This document shows, piece after piece, positions 1 to 15,300 of a DNA stretch of 63,722 bases. The translations under genes were made by a program, and so were the position numbers. The stretch spans positions 1 to 63,722 of the forward strand of contig NW_024705191.1 in the NCBI RefSeq assembly GCF_018977255.1, read 5' to 3'. Source of the stretch: Callorhinchus milii (taxonomy: Eukaryota). The notes below the pieces were generated by a model that was not told the origin of the DNA, did no database searches, and saw nothing but the letters and a program-made list of their open reading frames with translations. How positions within the stretch are numbered: the first letter of the stretch is position 1; each line of letters opens with the position of its first letter.

Positions 1-119
1 AATAATGTATAATGTTAATAAATACATAGGAGGTTTGATGAAACAAAGTAGTTGTACTTACGTGCCCGTGCTGAATTTGCAGTTTCGATGATTTACTTTC
101 TAAAAATAATGACCATGTC

Positions 120-180
120 TCGCACCCCAGTGCAGCTCGCACCCTCAGGAGTTGTGTGCACCCCAGGTTAAGAACCACTA
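120..180. mobile_element. End of a hAT (Charlie-like) element or MITE
   Basis: Ends in ccccaggttaagaaccacta (reverse complement TAGTGGTTCTTAACCTGGGG), resembling the Charlie-type TIR CAGTGGTTCTCAACCT. Repeated gcaccc subterminal motifs. The other end is not visible. Confidence 0.5.
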
Positions 181-313
181 GTCTCAATAATTACGTGAAT
201 AATGGTTAGTTTTACATTGCCTCATTCACGCAAATTGCATCTTACAGTCACTGAGGAACCACAGCCAAGTTGGAATGGCAGCCAGGCGGCGAGCCAGCAC
301 AACCAATAACTGC

Positions 314-343
314 NNNNNNNNNNNNNNNNNNNNNNNNNNNNNN
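314..343. other. Assembly gap (30 N)
   Basis: Run of 30 n. Confidence 1.
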
Positions 344-3300
344 AGCTATATACGGCTCACTGTTATGGACCGTCACCACAGGATTAGAGCTTGGTAAGTC
401 AAGAGCCCGTGTTCGCTTCCTTTAAGTTTAGGAATGTCTGTGAGACTACTTGCGGCTAATACAAGGTATACATAAATTCAAGGACACATACTGTGACTGT
501 ACCGTAAAGTCGATCCTAATAATGGGGGCCACCGGCAATGACAATTTTTCGATCCAAACAGCTATAAATTCGTTATCGAGAAGTGAACGAATCTGCGCAT
601 AATACGCGGTGGGTTTCAACTGACTACGCACATGCAGATATATTTCCTGGCTTCTAGGACTCAGTATTGACGTATGTCGACTGCTGCGCTCCAGTAGGTA
701 AGAGTTTACCAAGACAGTAGTCCGCAGTAACACCGTGCGCTACCCGTGCGCCCATGTACTGCGACACCTTAGTCAGGGCTCTCGTCCGCGCTCGTCCTCC
801 AACAAATGTGCCAAACATGACCACCCTTTAAGCTGGCGGTTGACGCCGTTCGGCTGTCTGGATTGTGAGCCCAGAGAAAACAACTAAGCCTATCCACGCC
901 TATTATTTACTTAGCTCGGGACATGATGGCTTACGCCCTGGACGTAATCGAATGCTACTCACTTTAAAACTGCCCAATAGCCCATTATTTCAACCTTAGT
1001 ATTTGCTAGCAGCTAACGTTAATTTGCCTACACGCGGCCAAAAAGATGCCGTACTATTACTGACCAACCAGCCTCTTATAAAATCCTGGATCCATTTAAT
1101 AGTTGCGATTGGCCGGAGGTGGCGGTGATAGTTTATCAGTCGGAGGATAATCTGATCTTAAAGCTTATGCAAACGCGAGCCATTGCCATAATGAACCGGG
1201 CGGGCACCGCCGCGACGTCTAAGAAGGCTTCATCAAACGAGACCAAGACCGATAAAATAGTAGTACTAAACCGGTATGAGGTTATGCAATGCATGGAGCA
1301 GTGATCGCCTATTCTGCTGGTGATGAGATTGTGGCCTACGTATCGGCGGATGCCTGCGAATCCAGGGGGTCTTATAACACGTACAATCGCACGAATTACG
1401 GGCGGATGAGCCGTGGGTCGCCGCGCGCATCTACGTGCCGAAATTTGGGGGAAACACGTAAATAACATTACTAGGACCCCACGTCGCCCCCCTTTCGGAG
1501 CTGACGGCGATGTTTGTAATTGATTTGACACGCGGCATCGCCGAGTCTATAGTTTAGTACGCCTTAATTTAAGATACAAGGGATCACGTGAGGTTGAATC
1601 ACTATAGAAGCTGTAACATGACAATTAATTGGATGGGTAATTCAAATTTCTAAGGGTCTCTTGGGTTGATAAAGTTGTCTTAGACAAGAGGAGCTATGCA
1701 AATTACTACTGGCCGTAACTGGACTCTGTGTACGCACAAGAGAAATTTAGAGCTAAGGTCGCCTCCTCTAGACCTAGTCCTTCAGGTCAACATCTTTTCT
1801 ATATTTCCTAATTCTCCGCTTTCCGTGGGCTCGTACAAACTGATGGTAATTAGCGAAGTGCTGGTCACGGCGGTTTGGTCAATTCCGCTTTTGACTGGTT
1901 CACCAGGGACTCAGTTAAAAAATGAACGGGTGACCGCCTTCATTATATTCAATGTTGGTCACAAATCAAGCAACCGGAGTTCTATCCAGGGTTTCCATGC
2001 CCGACCGCGGTTATCCGGACAGGATTCGGTGAACTGCAGTTCGTCACTAACGGTCAACCAAGGGAAGGACACTACCTGGGAGTCATTATAAGTGTCGACA
2101 CGATTACGAGTCCTGATAAAGCTGGTCGGGATGCCAGTTAAGCCAATAGGCGCACGACTAATTATTCGCCTCAGAAGACTATCGAAGTCATGTGTAGTAG
2201 GAAGAAGAGAATTGTCTAGGGGCGAAAAGTTAGTACCATGGTTTCCGAATTGCCAAGAAAGGGGTAGAGTGGGCAGCCGCAGGCAGCAGTGTGTGGATTT
2301 GTCGCGTAGACGGATAACGTTTACACGTAATGTACAGTGGTCAGGATAATCTGCCGTCCTGCTCCAGCAGTGGATAAATCGTTACAGGATGTAATCCACT
2401 TTTAGGGTAGATGATATGAGAGGAACAAGGTTGGAAGTATTTCTACTTGGATTAAGAGATGGCTGATAGACGGATGCGGTAAACCTTTCCTTAGTCCGCG
2501 ATTTCAGCCCCATTACTATCTCCAATCCACAGTCACATTGGAACTATCCATACTCAGGTTAAATGCTCCATGAAGTATTATGGGTACCTTTTAAGGGCGA
2601 TTTGTCAGCCTGTCGTGAGTCCTACAGTGGGCATGTCTGTAGCCAAACGTGAGGTTTCGGAGGCCCGGAGTCAATCCCTGGCTGTTCACCGGAACGCTGT
2701 AACAGTCGAGGCAAGTTAAATTATATTAAGGAGAGGTCATTCTATACCAAACAGTTTACCGCGGCGCGGAGCAACGAGATTAACACTGCCATCAACTTCC
2801 AACTTGCGACAAATCACTCGTCCTCGTAAACAGTGTTGTATCTGTGTAAGGCCTAGGCCTTGATCTCGTGGAATAAGCAAGGTGGAAGCACGAAGGCTAG
2901 GTCAAAGCCGTGTCCAGAGCCATAGGGCCTGCGTTCCCCCCGCGTGCCCCTTTGACGTTCATAGTCCGCATCTCGGCCAGGACGCTGGTTACGAATTGTG
3001 CAGAAGAAACTTATGCTGAAGTACGCCATGGCTGTTACGCGGGTTAGGGAGATAAGCAGTCAGGACACGTCGTTCGCAGCACCTAACTGATGCGAACTCG
3101 GTCCTACACCGCCAGCCGAGAAACTCCTTAGAGTAATGTCAGAGGCGGCGGCCATTACCAAACAAATGAGTGGCTTGTAATCTTCCGCTCGTCCTATAAT
3201 AAAATCGGAAGTTACGATGCTTCCCCCTTCCCGCACGCACGTCTCCCAAGGGCGTCACGGAGAAGGTTTTTAGGGTGTAGTTGTCTTTGCCGGTCATTAG

Positions 3301-6300
3301 GGCAAGTCTACTTCATCCTGCCCACCTACCGCATTTTAGGAGCTGAATTTATGATTCCATTGCAGTGAGAATATGACTTCCATTCTTCTACTCGGCGCAT
3401 CGATTGTGACAAATCTCCCAGGTCGTACGCCGATCCGTTCATGGCATTCCTAGGTATCCCTAAAGTAAAGCAGAACTCTACAGCCACTCAAATAACTCCT
3501 TCATATGACCTTCCATATCTGCGCTTGGCATTATTGCCACTGGACCTGTTAACATGACTTCCCTCCGAATACGAAAGTGTCAAGGTCGCGGGAACTGTTC
3601 CGATTCAGACATTAGGAGGGGTAAATGGTGAACGGTGGGGGTACCTGGCGCGTCGGGATCTATATTACTTTCCAAAATCAGGAGAGAACGGAGACGCGAT
3701 TACCACTCTGAGTCGGTCTTCGTAAATCCCGCTGGTGTTGTACAGGCGTTCAAATAAGCCTCAGATCGCTAGTGCCGAAAGGGAATTCTAGTGGCGTTGA
3801 TCCTCGAAATTATTAATTCAGCTTGGCACTAATGTTGTGCCTGGGGTGACGCCAGCTGTGAATGGCCTACGTACATGCCAAAATCCAGCCCGGGAGTTCC
3901 TCACCCGGGGATATTGAATTATTATGCCAGTCACAGTATCACCGCTTGACCCGCTCAGGATAGGGGCGAAGCCGGACTGGCACCGGATGAACGCGATGGT
4001 GGTGGGCCAGAGAACAGCGTTGGCCTCCACGGGTAGCATTCAATACGTTCCACCCATTCAGCAAGTGATATGTGCTGAATTTTTATTTGCTCGACAAGCC
4101 AATGAAATGCCCATGACGCTTCCGGGCCGACACTGCAGATACGCCACGTGCATTTTCAGTTTAATAAAATACCCACCCAGCGGAGATATCCGCATCGCAT
4201 TAACATGGGTAAAGAGACGTGCGATCATGAGCGGGGTGATGGTTCGAGGCGTTCGTGTACCTGAGTATTGGTGACCCCTAATATTAATCAGGCTCGTGGA
4301 ACTCTCGCTGTTCGGCGGCAAACCGCGGCACCGCCTTACCGTGGTGACTATTAAATCATGCTTCGGGATCCTCAGAAAAAACAGGTATCTCCCACCAGAA
4401 ATCTCCCCTAGAGCTCTTATCCAGCCACCAGCACCTAAGAGAACGCAGCTTATATAGCTATAGGGTTCTTTTGCCTGCTGAGGGAATGTATCGGTAATTA
4501 GATCGCGTCTATTCTCTGTGTGTTTCTTACGCTACGTATTTATTACCCACATTACGGTCGCTCCTTACTCCATGGGAGAAAACTAAATGACAAAGCTGTG
4601 CCTTCCCAAAGCCGACCAGATCGAGCGGATTTAGTTCAGCCAGCGGTATTCGGGGCAATTCACCTTAAGTGAGACAGATCCGGCTTGCTTTCGGTGAGAA
4701 GCGGAATCAAAGCGCCGCCCGGCTAAGGCTTTATGAGTTCAGATCAAATCCTTATTTATGCTGATCATACTCCCCCGGTATAACTGTGCAAAATCAACCT
4801 GAGAACCGTTCTGTAGGTCCCAAGTTAGGTACGTTAATGTATTGGTGGACCGACGGTACAAAACGTAGGAACAAGCATTTGACGGATCTTCGCTATTTCT
4901 GAAGCTAGCACCTAAGTTCAATCCGCTCGTGCCACGTAAAGCCACGGGACTCAAACACGTTTTGACTCGGCAATGGGACTCCGCCGTTAAGCTCGTTCTC
5001 GTGCACTCATCTTACCATACCCAAAAAGGACTGGTCTCATTACAGCTTGTAGGCCTTAAGCCATCCTTCCTTGCTCTGGACACGTAAAACACGCTGCTGA
5101 ATCTAGAAGACGTTGTACGCCTGACCTACCAACAACAATGTAGACGCTGCTTCTCTCCCCAGATGTTGATGTTGAATCTCGAGGATGTTGAATTTCGAGA
5201 TGCGAACTTTAATGGTTCCAATGTATATTCGCGGCCAGGAGCCTTTTTCTTAGAGTAAACTCAGTACGCTACAAAATCCAACTGAATTGGGCCATGCACC
5301 GAGTAGGCTGGCGAGTTTCTCTTAGGAGCAGTGCCGAGCTGGTTCGCTATCCCATGGGTCTCGTGGGAGAATGCCGTGTACCATTCCAGGGCCCCCCTCA
5401 GTGTATCATCGTGGAAGCCTGAGTGACAGGTAGGAGGCGCAGTGTAGGACGATTGCACGTATAACGTCACAGCCGACGTCAACCCAGAAGTGCGCCGGGG
5501 ATACTCGAGACATAGATTCAGAGTGCCATCCAGCCCAACACAAGAAATATACAGTGGCGGTTGTCTTCTTTGCCATTGGGTAAGGCGGCGCGACACCACT
5601 GTGTAAAAGCGAATAAGACGGGCAACGTACAGGAAAGCTCCATTGGAGCCTGACTCTCGCTCCTTCAAAACTCTTATGTGCACATATTCCCTAATGGCTT
5701 CCTGCACCAGATGTCGTACGAAACAAAGTTTCTGTGGAATAACAAAAGCTAGGCACGCTGGGGCCGCGTTATTCGGCAGCAATAAAGGGACAGCACGCTT
5801 CCGCCTATGTACGGTGCGCTAGTACTAACGGTCAGTGTGGCCGCACTGTTTCCTACCATAAATTGAAGGTAAGGAGCGTGATAAATTGATGACGTCATTT
5901 ACGCAGGCGGGTTTCAACAGTGCAATATGAAGACCCCATCTGGGTGCGCTAAGGTCTCTGAGAGTCCCTCTAGCTTGCTCTGGATGCACCATCTGGGCAG
6001 TAAGAGTACATATCGGCAGTTGCCATCTTATATCAAAGCTGTTATGCTGTCATTATTTATGTGCATGCCGGAGCAATCGTCGTCACTACAAAGCACACAT
6101 CTTTAAGCATTGAGCGCACAATAAAACATCAGTCTTGTAGAATGAAGGTGCAACGATGTCGAATGCGATGAAGGACCCTCCTGCAGTATCGGTGCGCTCT
6201 CTCCTCTTCGCTGTCGAAACCTGCCGACAAACGCCGTAGTAAAAAACACACATCTTTAACGGATGTGTCATCTGTCACTAAAGACCCCCAAATTACATTT

Positions 6301-9300
6301 CCGACCCACGTCCGTGCATGGTTCGTCGAATTACCATGGGACGTTGCCAACATGGCTTCAAGGAAATAGCCCGCAAAAAGTAATCTATTGACTACTGTGT
6401 TCCTCGGGGCCGTTACTCACACACTCATTATCTCCCCTAGCCGTGCGTACCCCAATGATTGATCTTAGCCGTGTAAGCACTCTGGCAGTTGTAGTATTAT
6501 CGATAAGAGACGAATCGTAGTGATTACGTTACAAGTCCCCTTATTCACTGACGGCTCCTACAGTACCAACGGTCGATCTACACCGAGCCTCAGTGTGCGA
6601 TCCCCTCTTTTACTCACCCCATAATTCACGGTCGCCGCATTCAGAACACTGGTTTTGTAGAGCACCGTGACGCCTGCCAAAATCCAAAGTTTTGCACAGA
6701 TACCGCAATGAGATAGTCCCTGCTTCATTAAACCGGTCTATAGTAGCACCATAACCGTCTATACAGAACAATTGGCCTCAGTCTATCAGGGGAGTACCGT
6801 CTGAGGCGCTGGGAGCCACAGACAGAGCTCCTTCAGATTTCCCTAAGCGAGTTTGCACCGAAATGCAGTAGGGGTAATTCAATGATGATCCTAACCATTT
6901 CAGAAACGCGACCGAGGCCATACGGAATAGTATATGGCTTTGGCTCCAGGACAGACGCAAGCCACCCCCGCGCAATGCACAATAGCAGAGCTTTATCGAT
7001 GGTTAGACGCTGGACCAAGCCGGGACCGGATGGTTACGCATGGCCCCTTGGGACGATTTGCACTAATTCCACTTCCTACCACTGATTAGGACCATGTATT
7101 GGGAAGTCATCCCTAAGGTACAGCGCACAGTCGGCCCAATGACTCCTTCACTATGTTTGGAGTGCCACGCGACACAAATTCTGCCAACGGGCCATATCCA
7201 CCAGCACCTGCAGCATACCATTGACGCGAGCCTTTACGCCTGACTTTCGCATTGCGGCTCGGTTCCCGCACTGGAGGGCTCGTCGGGCAACTGACTTGGA
7301 CTTCTATCTGAATCATGCTCTACTGTTTCCCCAAGAGTCTTTAGCGAACTTGGAGGTTTAGTAGGGATCGCTGTGCCTGTATGTTTAAAAGATTAAGTGG
7401 CGACCGTATACATTACTGCAGAGACCCGTTGAAACTAATAAGCCGTCCGTCACCTGGATAACCGAGATCTTCAGGCGTAGTCTGACCAACGAACCGAGCC
7501 ATTCCGCGGGAGTAAGCTATCCTCACCTAAATCGTTCACCCATATTCAGCTGAGATGTATGGATGATGCACGCAACAAACTCGACCGAAACTAGGTAATG
7601 GCAGGCGATAAAGATGCTCCTCGGGTATAGTTGGCGGTTACTAAACTTTATTAAGCGGCCCTGAGTGGTTATACTAGATCATATATGATGCCGAGCGTGT
7701 TTGGGTTTGGTAATGCGGGGGCACTTTCGAAAGTAGCTTGGGGGGGTAATGTCAACATACTCCACCGGGCCGTTCGAATCTCCCATCGCTGGATGTGGGT
7801 CAGTTGAATGCTTTCGCTCGGACCAAACATTGACGTGTGTATTACGTGGTCTAGTTTATAATTAGTTCCTCGCTTCGGTAGTGAGGAGAAGGTCGAGCCG
7901 CCAAAGGAGTAACCAGTGAGATGGTTCCCGTAGTGACAGTATCTTAGTAGCTAGATAAGCCTCAGAATATTTGGTCCTATTTGCAAACTGCCACACCCAC
8001 TCACTACCTCGAGTGTAAGATCGTATAGGGCTTCTGCTGCAAGTTATCCTTCGAGAAATCTCATAGTGGTCAGCGGCGTATAAGAAGCCATATTGTCAAA
8101 AATCCGAACGACGCTGGTTGCAGTTCAAAAGCCCGCATGTACTCCTTGAGGGTACATAGCGTTTGAAGAATGTCCCATAATTGTCTAACGTCGATCCAAT
8201 CAGTAGATCAGACTTAATTTTGTTCGCACGATAATGCACCCGGACCTGAGTCTCTTCCTTTTCGCTATTAATATAGGCCTTGTCGATAGCGTACAGCTGC
8301 ACCCAAGCTCAGACCTTCCAACCAACGAGACTATAGCACTGACTAGAGTAGCAACTTTGTGGCTTACCGCGGCGACCCGTAAACGTTATTATTGTAGATC
8401 ATGGATTAGGGCATTTGTGCGTGGGGCCCTGTGGGATCTCCAGTAATTAACTCTGAGACGTGCGATCGGAGCCACTCTGCGTGATGCTCGCTAGCTGAAG
8501 GGGCTAGCCGACCTAGGAGAATATCCCAGCCAAGGATAATCTCCTATGAATCACAATGGGAGGACTTTGCTTGTAGTATCCTTGTCCAACTAAAAAGCGC
8601 ACTAGGTAGATGGCCGAGACAGAGGGGATACCTCGTTTTGACATGATCGAATCTATACGCACCGGGAGGGCGCGTTTTGGCTAATCACTGATGAGCTTAA
8701 CTGACTTCATGTGGCGAACCTTAAAGGATGGGGGGTGACAGGCTTTAACAATCTGATACTAAATGGCTCACCAGTTCCCGGGTAGTCTCGGTACATACGT
8801 AGTTGTAGGCGTTTGCGAACCTTATAGGAAAGTATTGCGGCGTGTAGAGACAAACGCAATATCCAACGCGGTTCCTCATGTGATCACGGCGGCGTTGGCC
8901 TTCTCGAGAGGGGTGTTGCTTGCCACTTGGTGATGCCCCAAGTTCCGCGTAATATGCGTCCAAGGTTCGTACAGGAGAAACTACAGGGTAATGAACTGCC
9001 TAACAAATACGTCAGGCTGCTGAGGCCATTAGTGAATCTGCTCCGGTTTTGCGCAGGATGTGCGCAGTGTCATCGATCAGATAGTCTAAGAAGACCTGAG
9101 CATTATGTCAAGGATCGAGCGCTAGCCGCTTGACAGGAATAACCTTTCGCACGAAGCTGATATAGTAGTAGGGGTATCCAATCTTCGCGTATTTGAACAG
9201 GTTACAATAATATAATTAGAAGCTAACGACAGCGGGGGGTGTTACCGAAATCACGCCGGACTATTAACCGCCAATCTAACTCCAACGGACAATAATCCTC

Positions 9301-12300
9301 GGCACGCCGTGTATCGCCACCAGTCGAGGGTTTTTTCCATATGAATCAGTCCGGACATAGCGTAGGTGGACTATGGAGGTTGCAACTTTCTTGCCACTTG
9401 GCCTGATCATATGATCGCATTCTCTACTCTGATCACTAGTACTAAACTCACACGACGCTCGTCTGCGTGCACATAGCAAGAATAAATATCTGTCTGTCCT
9501 AGTGGATTTCTGTATGACAAAGCCCTGTCTGACCGTTTATGTTAGCAGCAGTTACAACGAGATGGAAACGGCTACAGCCTCAACTTAGGAGTTCGACGAC
9601 ACGTCCCTTAGGCAACGACCCATTATTACGGGATGGCTCAGCGTACGAACAACACTACTGGGCGACAACTTTCAAGCTGATGAGAACCTCTTGGTGCTTT
9701 TGGATCCCAGGTAGGAGAGAGACACGAGTGGATTTCTGAATTTGCATTACGATCTCAGGGCAAGAAACAAAAGTTGCGGCTAACTTGGATGACACAACGG
9801 AGTAGGAGTTTATGAACAATGGGTCCGTAATCGCTCCAAAGAGAGTCATTTGCTAAAGGCGGAGAGCTTTTACGACTCGCAATACTAGATAGTGCGCAAG
9901 CCGATTCTGAACAGGTACCATGCGGGTCCCTTGCACCGTCTAAGCCCGCTCCCTATCTGGACGGGCATTAAAGCAGCGCTGGAAACTGTTGGGGTACATC
10001 CTTTGGAGTTCTCTGTTGCCGCTTAGGCATCAAGATGAACCATGTGTCGCGTGTAGCAAAACGGATTCCCGAACTGGAAGCGAGAACATACAATCATCCG
10101 CGGTAATTACTGTCATGTTGCAAGACTGCAGGTCAAAAAAGGGTTGTGGGACCTTTCGTTTGTATTACCAATGATCCTCAAACCACTCAACTTCTATGCC
10201 TGCGCAGCACTACAAGTAGCTTTGAATTCTCTAGGCATAAATATATGTGCCGTGCTGATATCTTGCCGATGCCACCCCAACCTGGGTGCAAAGCAGTTTT
10301 CTGGTGGCAACCCGACCACTTTGGCCCCACCTGAGTTACTGGACGCGGATAGCGTTATTCTCATCTGATCTAGCAAAGCACTATGGTCACTGCAGCCGCA
10401 TAGGTCCCCTATCCTTTGGGGCAGTCTTCAAGTCTCGCTTTGTCCCTAAAGTTTGATCTACATAGGGAACGGGCTTAACAGGGAATCATATTACCGGCTA
10501 CCCAGAGGGGAAGAAGCGACAAAACGGCGATAGAAATTCCGCACACATTGAGCGGGTAGGCAGAATACATGTACACTGCCGCAATTCGACAAACTTGCAT
10601 TGCGCCAGTGGGGTCCAAAGCGTACTTTACCGGATAATTATCAAAGGTTCAGCAACATAGTTCGTTAGCTCCTGAGGCACCACTGTCGCAAAACATACCC
10701 GCCCAGTACTCCGACCCGCGTAGTTGCAAACGGACACGCATTTTCTATTACCAACATCATGATTCTCGAGTCATGTGTAGTAGCCCGCAGCTGCTTGTCC
10801 TAGAATGTGCTGAGAGGAACTTCTGCGGCGAACTAAAAAACTTATGAAGGCGCAGCGGAGCTGAACGGGAAAAGCACACCTAGTCGATCGGCACCAAGGC
10901 AGCCACATATCATCGGCATGTTCCATACGGCGCTTGTGTGCCGTTGGGGGAGCAAGCGTTAAGAAGCCTGTGCTCATGAGTATAACCGCTGACTCAAATA
11001 GCCTCTGATCCTGCAGTATGGTATGGTTCGCATCGGCGATTTCCCCCGATGGGTCACATCCTACAAAACCCTCAATAAAGGCGTCGCGTTTCAGTGTGAT
11101 GTTCCATAATCGCTGAGGGAAGTAGTTACAGAGTCCAAGTATTAGGTGCATCCTGGTATGATAGCTGGGTATGTGATTACAGGGTTCACACGATGTGAGT
11201 AATTTACCTCAACGGGCGATGACACAAGCTTGGCAGGCATTGATGCAAACGGGTAAGACTGTGCTAATGAATCTTGCAGAATGCGAGCATAAGCACTACA
11301 AGATGAGTATTTGAGGCAGAGCTCTATACAAGCCGTTCCCCCCAAATTGGGTGGTAGTTTCGACGGGGACGAGCAGGAATTAGGCCCGCAAAACATGTTC
11401 GCCGTCGTTATGAGAATAGTCAGCATCACTGTTATGCAACGCCCCGTCCATTACTATGGTTACGTGATAAAGATATGTCGCAGCGCCGAAGCAGCGTCAT
11501 TACTTCCCGCTACGATCTGATGAGAGCTTTTACGTACGCTCCGTAGCCGGGGCGTACTTGCTCACCGTATAGTTCGGCGTCAGGGTGTGATACGCTGGAC
11601 CACCCTGGGAATTAAAGGTCGGCCTTAGCAATGCTAAAGACGGGGTCGAGAAAGACGATCTACACTACGTTTCGAGCGGGCCAGGCTTACCCGCCGAGAT
11701 GAACGGGCTATCCCCATATGAGTCCAAAATCAGTCCGGTCCCGCCTACGTTCTTATAACTTCCAAGCAGGATAAGCCCTGTGAAGGTTAGGCCCTTTGAG
11801 GGTGAACGGCCGACACTACGCTTACTATTAAAACATCAGTACTAACGGCACTGCGGAATAAAGTGATGGCAATGGTTTCTTTTTCCAGCAACACTGTACC
11901 CTGGCTTGGTAGTGATTGTATGTCCTAAGCTGCGGTGGTGAATCCAGATGCACCATGGAAACCACTCAACTGCCTGTTGGTATCCTCTACTTCCGGTCCC
12001 TTTTAAGCTTTTTAGCTAAATTTTACCCGTGATGACTTAGGGGAGAGTCTAAATTATCACTGGATGAGCGTACTCTCCGTACAATTCGTGAACGCTCACG
12101 GTCAAGTAAGACCAGTGTATGCGGACATCCCTTAGATTCCAGCCGTGGCTATGTGCTCATTTGACTCGGGGACTATCCTGAGTAGATCCCTAAATTAATA
12201 CACATCTGGAACAGAAATGAACCCACACGGGAGAGTTTGACAACAGTAACAGTGACCATCCTAGGCTTCAGGAATGCTACTTTTGATGGTGAGATGGCGA

Positions 12301-15300
12301 TTGGGCTCTTGTGATAATGGAACAGCGCACGATTACAGAACTACCGATCTGGTGATTACAAGAGTGCCTATAGAGTTTTGGTCGACCTTGGCAGGCCTCT
12401 GGGCTTGTATGAATGCTGTATACAGGTGTGCAGTTCATGCTCAAATGAGTATCGTAAAAATAGTACGTATTCGTACAACGTATGCCGCCTGGTTCGTAGT
12501 ATAAGGGAGAAACGGTAGCACGCCGTTGACCGGCCAGGGCCTCGTTAGTAGTTCCAATGACCTAGTATTACAGGCAGAATTGACAACGGTGCGAACGCCA
12601 ATAAATAATGGCCGCGGAGGCCCCGAAATATACCTAACTTACATTTCCATCAGTACTGTAATATGAATCCGGCGACTGCAGTCCGGTATGGCGATGATGA
12701 ACAACGCGGCAATAGCGACCGGTGACGAAGAATATTCACTGATTTGTACGGTACGATCATTATTAGGGTTATTGCATTCGGTCGCACACCATTGTAGGTT
12801 TCAATTAACTACTCCTCGAGGAACCAGCAGGGAGAGCTGAGTCGAGACAACAAGAGTTTTATTTAAAAGCTCAAGCAGCCAATCCTTGGCGCTAGTACAA
12901 TGCTCGCTAGCATCCTCTAGTAAGCGCAACGCAGACACACGCCTTGCCATATAGGCCTAAATTATCTATCTGAAGTCACCCCTGCTCCATCGAAGAGTTG
13001 CGAGCTAGTACCTAGACTAGTGCGAGACATCGTAAGTAAATATGGTCGTACTCCGCGGCAGGAGGCGCATTTCGCGATTAGGTGTCCGGACGGATAGCGG
13101 CAAACTGCGTGACGCTTCGTTTCACCTAAAATGGTCAATTTGGAGTATCAATTGTCCTCGTGACCGGCCAGTACATCCTTAATATGTTAGATACATAAGA
13201 GTCAAAGTGAAACCCGTCGAGAATTAGTGGGTCGGGCCCTAATTATGAGAAACAGAATATATTAGCAATTAAAGCCAACCACGAAGCTGAGCTTGTCAGA
13301 CCTGAAACCCAAAAGTGTTAACTTAATTGTTTGCAAAATCGTGTCTATCTCGTCATGAGGCTCAAAAGATGTTCTGTTCCAGGACCTCCATTGCCTCTTT
13401 ACTCAACTAACACCGCACGTACCTTGAGGTCAAGGGACCCTCAATATTCGGTATTGTGTAAACAAGTACATCCACGAGGACTCTCCAGCGAAACTGGCAT
13501 CCGAGCTAGGGACCTTTAAAATAGTAACTCCGGCGTGTTTTACCCCCATATCGGAAGTTCAGACGGAAACAATCTATTTAGTGCAAATGCGTCGATACGG
13601 TTAGGACCTACGAGCATTTTAGGTAGAGAAGTCGAAGTGGGAGAATTTTAGGAGGTTGGACAACAATTCTAACGATATGCTCGTGCTGTGGAGCGGTGTC
13701 CTGATTGTTTTGCAGACATACACTCTTACAAGACCGTACTAAATGACAACAGGCTGCGTCCTAGAGCCTCGACTTGTCGCATCCTTTAGGACGGCTTTGC
13801 CATAAACTTTGACGTGGATCTCGAGGGGCGGGCCGACATTGCCTTCTCTGCACTAATACGGATGGCTACGCGATTCGTAGCTCGTGGGGAAGAGAGGTCC
13901 GTTTGCAAGTGGACTGTGTGACGGTATCCTACAGGGGGGAAACGTTTGATCTTATGCCTCTAGACTCTGACATCGGGTCGACTCGATGCGAACGCCGTTT
14001 CCCCCAAGCACCGGGTCAAAATCGGCGGCCGCCTACTTCGTCTGCCTTGGTAGCATTCTGTGGGTTTTTCAGGGGCACAAAGACTTGAATTGTATTCCGG
14101 ACCAATCGCGCCATTGAAGTCTTTGTACACACGCGAGTCGCACGACTGCATACCAGCTAAAGGGCCCAACATACCAAATCTTGGTACTAAAAAAGGTTGA
14201 CCGGCGTTGTACTGCTCGGCCCTAACGACGGCTGAATATCTACAAGAAACAGGGGCACAACATAAATGACAATATTTCACCAAGGAGCATTTCCCTAGCG
14301 AGCGTAATGCTAATTACCTGCTAGAGCACAATTGGGCTGACGCTGACACGGTACTAAAGGTTCCTAGCCTAAATACAAGTCGGCTCGGCATATTCAGGCT
14401 GACTCCTAGCTTAATTGGGCCGATCTCCGGCACCCGTGGCGCAAGCAATGACGGTGTGGTCTTCGGTGCTCTAGGCACCACTATACGGGCTCGGCGCTGA
14501 ATCGTCTAAACACATTACATACTGAAAGGCCTGCATTGGAGCCCCAGCTTTCCATTACTAGCTGAGTGTCTAGTATTATCGAGCCCTGATATCCGCCGAG
14601 TGATCTGAAACGTGTTTACCGCAAAGCCCCCGGGCGGTCGAAGACGGCGGAAAGCGGTCATTCTGCGGTTATTAAGGCTATATCTTCGGGGAGGTATTCC
14701 CCTTTGCCATGAGTCATAATGTCATTATAAGTGCCGTGCTATTCAGGTCGACAAGCTTCTGCCCGGGTACATGGGAGTCAGAAGTCACTACATGGTGTGA
14801 AGATGTCAGTAAAGGAGACGCAACCTGAACATCCCGCACACGACCGATATACGATAAAATCACTCACCCTACCTGGTCAAATGGTTCGGATAGCAGGATA
14901 AAGGAGGGATGAGTGTAACACCAGACCATGGCGTTTACTTACTACTGTTTTAACTCTCTCACGGGGTGTCGGGTAATGATCAGTCAGTCATTGCCCCCAA
15001 GCAATCTACCATATGGAGGGACGTGCGGTACATTAGGACAAAATTGCCGTCCTCAGATAGTTAAACTGGAAGTTCGAGCCTCCGGAACGAAAAGACACTT
15101 GTGTCAAGGGCGCCAATCCAGCCCTCCTTCCTCGCATACGAAGATAATAAGGGGGTTCCAAAAATTTTAGCCACCACAGTCAGAACAATTCTTCTATATC
15201 TCTGGGTGTCTAATAGCTGGGACGCGGATTGTTTGGTACCCAAATGCAACATCGGGGGTGATGCCGGAAGCCGCTATCAATTCACACACGAAGTGGACTT

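Noticed and set aside
2848-2861. 14-bp palindrome aaggcctaggcctt
   Set aside because: One or two are expected by chance in 30 kb.
5168-5199. Tandem 16-mer gatgttgaatYtcgag twice
   Set aside because: Isolated two-copy repeat; mildly unlikely but not compelling, and not CRISPR-like.
9862-11534. 13-mer gagagcttttacg occurs twice
   Set aside because: Several 13-mer matches are expected by chance in 30 kb.
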